Shown here one piece after another: positions 57,998 to 64,000 of a DNA stretch of 64,000 bases (positions are counted from its first letter, which is position 1; every line of letters starts with the position of its first letter). The stretch comes from Eubacteriales bacterium. Lineage in GTDB: Bacteria; Bacillota; Clostridia; Oscillospirales; CAG-272. Location of the stretch: assembly GCA_045544735.1 (NCBI GenBank), contig JAZPZM010000077.1:971-64970 (forward strand), given 5' to 3'. The notes under the pieces were generated by a model. That model made no database searches. It saw nothing but the letters and a program-made list of their open reading frames with translations, and was not told the DNA's origin. The position numbers and the translations under genes were made by a program.

Positions 57998-58090
57998 ATT
58001 TTAACATATTTTTTACCCAAAATCAACTTGTAGTATTGATAAATCCGCGTTTTGTGTTATAATTAAATAAAAAAATCAAGTGAGGAACAT

Positions 58091-58978
58091 ATGAAAAAAT
58101 CAACAGCCAAGAGGCTTTCAAAGCTCCCATTGCCCGTATTGATAATAATCATCGTGGCGATGATCGTCTTTGCGGCATATCAACATTTCCGCACCGACGA
58201 CGCGCCGCCCGCCGTTGCCGACTCGGCGGAATTTCACTTTATCGACGTCGGGCAAGGCGACGCCGTGCTTATAAGAACGCCTGCGGGAGACGTATTGATA
58301 GACGCAGGCAAGAACAGCAGCGAGGAAGGGCTTGATCTATACCTAAAATCGCAGGGCGTAAAAACGATAGAATACGCCATCTTTACCCATCCGCACGAGG
58401 ATCACATAGGCGGCGCGGATATGGTTATTAAAAATTACGATATAAAAAACGTTATTTTGCCCAACTGCCCCTCGACCACAAAAACATACACCAATATGCT
58501 TACGGCAATATCACAGAAGGGCTTGACCGTCAAAGAAGCTCACAGCGGTGATAAATACCGAGTGGGTGAGCTTGTACTAAATATTCTCGGTCCCGTGAGA
58601 AACGATTACAAAGAAGTAAACGATCACTCCGTCGTGATCCTCGCCGAATGGGGCGGCACGCGAGTTATGCTTGCGGGCGACGCGGAGCTTGAGGCGGAAA
58701 ACGATATCCTTAAAAAATTCGGAAACAGTAATATCAACTGTAATATTTTGAAGCTCGGACACCACGGCTCGTCATCGTCAAGCGGCGAAAAGTGGCTCAA
58801 TGCGCTTTCCCCCGACATCGGCATTATTTGTTGCGGAAAGGACAACGAATACGGTCATCCCCACTCAGAGATAGTCGAAAGGCTCAGTAAATTCGGCATC
58901 AAGTCATACCGCACGGATGAGCTTGGCTCACTTGTGTTCGTTTCCGACGGAAAAACCGTTTCTCAAAAAGACAACTGA
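58091..58978 (+). CDS. Membrane-anchored MBL-fold hydrolase (ComEC-C-terminal-domain-like)
   Basis: N-terminal TM helix. FIDVGQGDAVLI, FTHPHEDHIGG and LGHHGS. Confidence 0.85.
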   Translation: MKKSTAKRLSKLPLPVLIIIIVAMIVFAAYQHFRTDDAPPAVADSAEFHFIDVGQGDAVLIRTPAGDVLIDAGKNSSEEGLDLYLKSQGVKTIEYAIFTHPHEDHIGGADMVIKNYDIKNVILPNCPSTTKTYTNMLTAISQKGLTVKEAHSGDKYRVGELVLNILGPVRNDYKEVNDHSVVILAEWGGTRVMLAGDAELEAENDILKKFGNSNINCNILKLGHHGSSSSSGEKWLNALSPDIGIICCGKDNEYGHPHSEIVERLSKFGIKSYRTDELGSLVFVSDGKTVSQKDN

Positions 58979-59018
58979 TAATATTTTATCTTTTTCTCGA
59001 CAAATAATACATTTTCTC

Positions 59019-59047
59019 TTGACTTATTTTATCTTTACAGTTATAAT
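59019..59047 (+). promoter_or_regulatory. mscL promoter (TTGACT - 17 - TATAAT)
   Basis: Read directly from the sequence. Confidence 0.65.
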
Positions 59048-59080
59048 AAGTACAATTGAATTAGCACGGAGGTTTTTATT

Positions 59081-59620
59081 ATGGCTAAGAAAAAGGACGG
59101 CGGCTTTATCGCCGATTTCAAAAAGTTTATTACTCGCGGCAACGTTGTTGACATGGCAGTCGGTGTTGTAATCGGCGGTGCGTTCGGTAAGATCGTTACG
59201 GGCTTCGTCAACTACATAATCAACCCCTTCATCGGTATCTTTATGGGCTCGGGCAGCCTTGACAGCATCAAGACCGTTATCACCCCCGAGGTCCTTGACG
59301 AGGCGGGCGAGGTCGTTACCAAGGAGGTTGCTATCCTCTGGGGTACTTGGATCCAGACTATCATCGATTTCCTTATCGTAGCTTTCTGCATTTTCGTAAT
59401 GGTTCGCATTATCTCAAAAATGTCTAACAAGATGCACGCCAAGGCGATTGCCGAAAAAGCTGAGGCTGACAGAATTGCCGCTGAAAAGGCAGAGGCTGAC
59501 AAGAAGGCAGCCGAGGAAGCTGCTGCCGCAAAGGCTGCGGAGGATGCCGCTCTTCGCGCCTCGCTCATCAATCAGGAAAAGCTGCTCAGCAACATTCTCG
59601 ACGCTATAAAGAAGAACTAA
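59081..59620 (+). CDS. mscL: Large-conductance mechanosensitive channel MscL with extended Ala/Glu/Lys-rich C-terminus
   Basis: FKKFITRGNVVDMAVGVVIGGAFGKIV is the MscL TM1 signature. At 179 aa it is longer than typical MscL. Confidence 0.92.
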   Translation: MAKKKDGGFIADFKKFITRGNVVDMAVGVVIGGAFGKIVTGFVNYIINPFIGIFMGSGSLDSIKTVITPEVLDEAGEVVTKEVAILWGTWIQTIIDFLIVAFCIFVMVRIISKMSNKMHAKAIAEKAEADRIAAEKAEADKKAAEEAAAAKAAEDAALRASLINQEKLLSNILDAIKKN

Positions 59621-59626
59621 TTTTGG

Positions 59627-59652
59627 AAGGGGTGGCTCGCCACCCCTTTTTA
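59627..59652 (+). terminator. Rho-independent terminator after mscL
   Basis: Stem AAGGGGTGGC/GCCACCCCTT, followed by TTT. Confidence 0.7.
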
Positions 59653-59664
59653 AGGAGAATTAAG

Positions 59665-60360
59665 ATGATCATTTCTATTTTAGGTGACAGCATATCGACC
59701 TTTGAGGGATATATCCCCGAGGCAGACGGCGTGAATCTCAAGCACAGAAAAAGATATCCGCAGGACACGCTTCTGACTGACGTAAACGAAACGTGGTGGA
59801 TGCGCGTTATAAACGAGCTTGGCGCAACGCTCGGCATAAACGACAGCTGGGCCGGTTCTTGCGTCAGAAACAAGATCGACGGCAATCAGGGCGACGTTGG
59901 CGAGGATGCCGCTATGGCGTCTCTTACGAGAATTAAGAACCTCGGCTCTAACGGCTCTCCCGACGTTATTCTCTTTTACGGCGGAACTAACGACGCGGGC
60001 AGAAACTATACGCTTGGAGAATTTGATCCCGAAAATGCTCCCGCAGCTGCTGATTTGACGGCGAAAAAGTGGGATTCCTTTGCTGACTCTTACGTTTGCG
60101 CGATACTTAGAATGAAGCATTTTTATCCAAACGCTAAAATTTACGCTATGACACCGTCGTTTACCAAAAGCTATTACCCCGACGAGCGACTCGCGAGCTT
60201 CGTTGACGTAATACAGCGCATCTGCGCGCACTACGGCGTGCCGTGCGTGGACCTCAGAGAGTCGGGCTTGCGCGTTGATATGCTCCCTGATGGACTTCAC
60301 CCCAACGCCACGGGAATGAAGTGCATTTCAGAGGCTGTAATGAATGGTTTTTTCAGATAA
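59665..60360 (+). CDS. SGNH/GDSL hydrolase family protein
   Basis: AGGAG precedes ATG 59665. Block I ILGDSIS, block III YGGTNDAG, and block V DGLHPN. Confidence 0.82.
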   Translation: MIISILGDSISTFEGYIPEADGVNLKHRKRYPQDTLLTDVNETWWMRVINELGATLGINDSWAGSCVRNKIDGNQGDVGEDAAMASLTRIKNLGSNGSPDVILFYGGTNDAGRNYTLGEFDPENAPAAADLTAKKWDSFADSYVCAILRMKHFYPNAKIYAMTPSFTKSYYPDERLASFVDVIQRICAHYGVPCVDLRESGLRVDMLPDGLHPNATGMKCISEAVMNGFFR

Positions 60361-60410
60361 GAAAAACTTGAAAAAAATTTGAAAAAACTTGAAAAAATTT
60401 CAAAAAAACT
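60361..60410 (+). promoter_or_regulatory. Phased A-tract UP-element-like region upstream of the tRNA promoter
   Basis: Five A5-7 tracts at about 10-bp spacing: GAAAAACTT GAAAAAAATTT GAAAAAACTT GAAAAAATTT CAAAAAAACT. Confidence 0.6.
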
Positions 60411-60411
60411 A

Positions 60412-60440
60412 TTGACAAACGAGAAAACAAGGTGTATAAT
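60412..60440 (+). promoter_or_regulatory. Consensus sigma-A promoter (TTGACA - 17 - TATAAT) of the tRNA-Leu genes
   Basis: Read directly from the sequence. The tRNA begins about 25 nt downstream. Confidence 0.8.
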
Positions 60441-60465
60441 ATCAATGTTGTCGATACAACGACAT

Positions 60466-60550
60466 GCGAGAGTGGCGGAACTGGCAGACGCGCACGTTTG
60501 AGGGGCGTGTGGTTCACACCGTACGGGTTCAAGTCCCGTTTCTCGCACCA
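60466..60550 (+). tRNA. tRNA-Leu (anticodon GAG)
   Basis: Acceptor stem GCGAGAG/tTCTCGC. Anticodon loop TTGAGGG. Long variable arm. T-arm ACGGG-TTCAAGT-CCCGT. CCA is encoded. Confidence 0.9.
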
Positions 60551-60553
60551 AGC

Positions 60554-60583
60554 AAAACCGACCGCAAGGTCGGTTTTGTTTTA
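60554..60583 (+). terminator. Hairpin + T-run between the two tRNA genes
   Basis: Stem AAAACCGACC/GGTCGGTTTT with loop GCAA, followed by GTTTT. Confidence 0.6.
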
Positions 60584-60590
60584 GATTTAA

Positions 60591-60677
60591 GCGGGTATGG
60601 CGGAATTGGCAGACGCGCTAGATTCAGGTTCTAGTGGGGGCAACTTCGTGAAGGTTCAAGTCCTTTTACCCGCACCA
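60591..60677 (+). tRNA. tRNA-Leu (anticodon CAG)
   Basis: Acceptor stem GCGGGTA/TACCCGC. Anticodon stem-loop CTAGA-TTCAGGT-TCTAG. Long variable arm. CCA is encoded. Confidence 0.9.
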
Positions 60678-60722
60678 TATCGAGTGTTCATAACGAAAGT
60701 GATGAACACTCGATATTTTTTT
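60678..60722 (+). terminator. Rho-independent terminator after tRNA-Leu(CAG)
   Basis: 15-bp stem ATATCGAGTGTTCAT/ATGAACACTCGATAT, followed by TTTTTTT. Confidence 0.85.
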
Positions 60723-60741
60723 GCCTATATTTCGTTATTTG

Positions 60742-60770
60742 GAGCAGGATTCCTGCTCTTTTTTCTTTTG
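60742..60770 (+). terminator. Second + strand hairpin/T-run abutting the recombinase stop codon
   Basis: Stem GAGCAGG/CCTGCTC, followed by TTTTTTCTTTTG. Confidence 0.6.
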
Positions 60771-62722
<1,952 letters not shown>

Positions 62723-62733
<11 letters not shown>

Positions 62734-63586
62734 CTCGGTTCTCCTTTCGGCGTAATTGCTCCAAGCGGCGCTTGTGAAGCAAACTCTTGATATCAGCAAC
62801 AATATCCTTCGGGAGCATATTGCGTGGATAATATTGCTTGATATCGTCCATATAGATCACAATACGCTCTCGTTGATTGGCTTTTGCCTCGCTCATAATC
62901 TCGCGTATGACGTCCTCTCCAAGTGCACCCTCATCTGCGAGTTTTCGCATACGGACGGTCTGTGAGTGGGATGATGTTAGGTCATCCATATCGCAGATCT
63001 CATAAATGAGCCGTTGAGTGAGATGATGAAGCTTGGAAAGCTCTACCGCAGGAGTAAGTGCGATCCTGCCCTCATCCACCATTTGAAGCAGTTCGGGGAT
63101 AAGGCGCGTAAGGCTGATATATCTCTGCACTTGGCTTTTGCTCTCGTCACTCTCGGCGGCAATCTTTTCCACCGAGGTCAACCTCTGCCCAAGTTGGGCA
63201 GAAGTCAGATCGGTACGCTCGCCTTGGCGCTTGATGGCATCAAGCTTCATTTTGTAGGCGAAGGCTTTCTCGGACGGTAGAATGTGATCGCGGTGAAGAT
63301 TGGCATCGACCATAGCGACAACCGCCTCCTCATCGCTCATCTCGCAGACGGTGGACGGGATTTCGGTCATACCGAGCCTTTGATATGCTCTGAATCGGCG
63401 ATGTCCCGAGATGATCTCGTAACCGCCCTCATATCTCGGACGGACGATGATAGGTGAAAGCAAACCGCTTTTACCTATGCTCTCGCAAAGCGTGTCCATC
63501 TCCACGTTATCCTCTACCTTGTAAGGATGATCTTTGAATGGGTGTAACTCGGAAAGAGGTATATTTCTGTCAGTTCCTTTGATCAA
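62723..63586 (-). CDS. ParB/Spo0J-like nuclease-domain protein
   Basis: LHPFKDHPYKV, GLLSPIIVRP and EIISGHRRFRA (ParB box II-like). Confidence 0.85.
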
Positions 63587-63999
63587 TAGCTTTCACCTCC
63601 GTTAATAATCACGTTGTCAAGCTCGGTAGGCTCATTCATTACCGCGTTCTGCTGTGCATCGTACCAAGCAAACAAAATCTCAATGATCTTGTCCTTGACC
63701 TCCTTCGGCTTCATATCGGGAAAGAAGTCCGAAATCTCGTCAAAGGCGAATTTCACGCTCTGCTTCTTGGATGCCTTTTCTTTTGGTTCGGTGGTGTTGC
63801 ATTTGAAGTAGCCGCGAATATCCTCCTCGTTAAGCTCTTTGGTTTTACTTGCATTTTTCATTTCTTCTGTTTTGTCTGTGGTGATAGACATAGACTTGTC
63901 CATAAGCATTGCCCATACACTAAACTGCTCAAATTCACGCAGATAGGAATAGTTCACGCCTGCGGTTAGCGAAACGATGCCCTCATCCACCATTTTCAA
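63583..63999 (-). CDS. Second ParB-like protein, C-terminal part only (runs off the window)
   Basis: The ORF is open to the window edge. KMVDEGIVSLTAGVNYSYL parallels QMVDEGRIALTPAVELSKL of the neighbouring ParB-like protein. Confidence 0.6.
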   Translation of the reverse strand: MKMVDEGIVSLTAGVNYSYLREFEQFSVWAMLMDKSMSITTDKTEEMKNASKTKELNEEDIRGYFKCNTTEPKEKASKKQSVKFAFDEISDFFPDMKPKEVKDKIIEILFAWYDAQQNAVMNEPTELDNVIINGGESY

Positions 64000-64000
64000 A

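Overview
This window looks like a chromosome segment from a spore-forming Clostridia-type Firmicute. The evidence is spoIIID, dpaA/dpaB, a pdaA-like deacetylase, consensus sigma-A promoters and AGGAG ribosome-binding sites. It has three parts.

(1) 1-16.2 kb is accessory DNA:
- A seven-gene, tightly coupled + strand operon: fic - hsdM - small 3-TM protein - hsdS - HEPN-like protein - hsdR - mmcQ/yjbR-like.
- Two small genes that share a promoter motif.
- A sugar-catabolic block (class II aldolase, fucose/arabinose-isomerase-like protein, internally deleted FGGY kinase, PocR-AraC regulator).
- An AT-rich stretch (XRE regulator, ICMT-family methyltransferase, SAM methyltransferase) interleaved with a repeated ~125-bp terminator+promoter module and repeated hairpins.
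- This part ends at ssrA (tmRNA) and smpB.

(2) 17-60.7 kb is mostly core housekeeping: apgM-like, lepB, rbgA, rnhB, yraN, thrC, tig, clpP, clpX, spoIIID, NodB deacetylases, a CDF transporter, glyQS, tgt, mutL, mutS, miaB, dpaAB, birA, a BMP-type ABC transporter, comEC, mscL and two tRNA-Leu genes.

(3) From about 60.75 kb to the window end is the left end of an integrated element: a large serine recombinase, a TnpW-like protein and two ParB-like genes. It sits just downstream of the tRNA-Leu pair.

The best candidate for an undescribed system is the type I R-M operon, which carries two extra translationally coupled genes (a membrane protein and a HEPN-like protein) plus a coupled Fic gene. 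The second most unusual signal is the hairpin/terminator-promoter repeat family that brackets each accessory gene unit between 9 and 16 kb. All functional calls rest on motif recognition by eye. No database searches were run.
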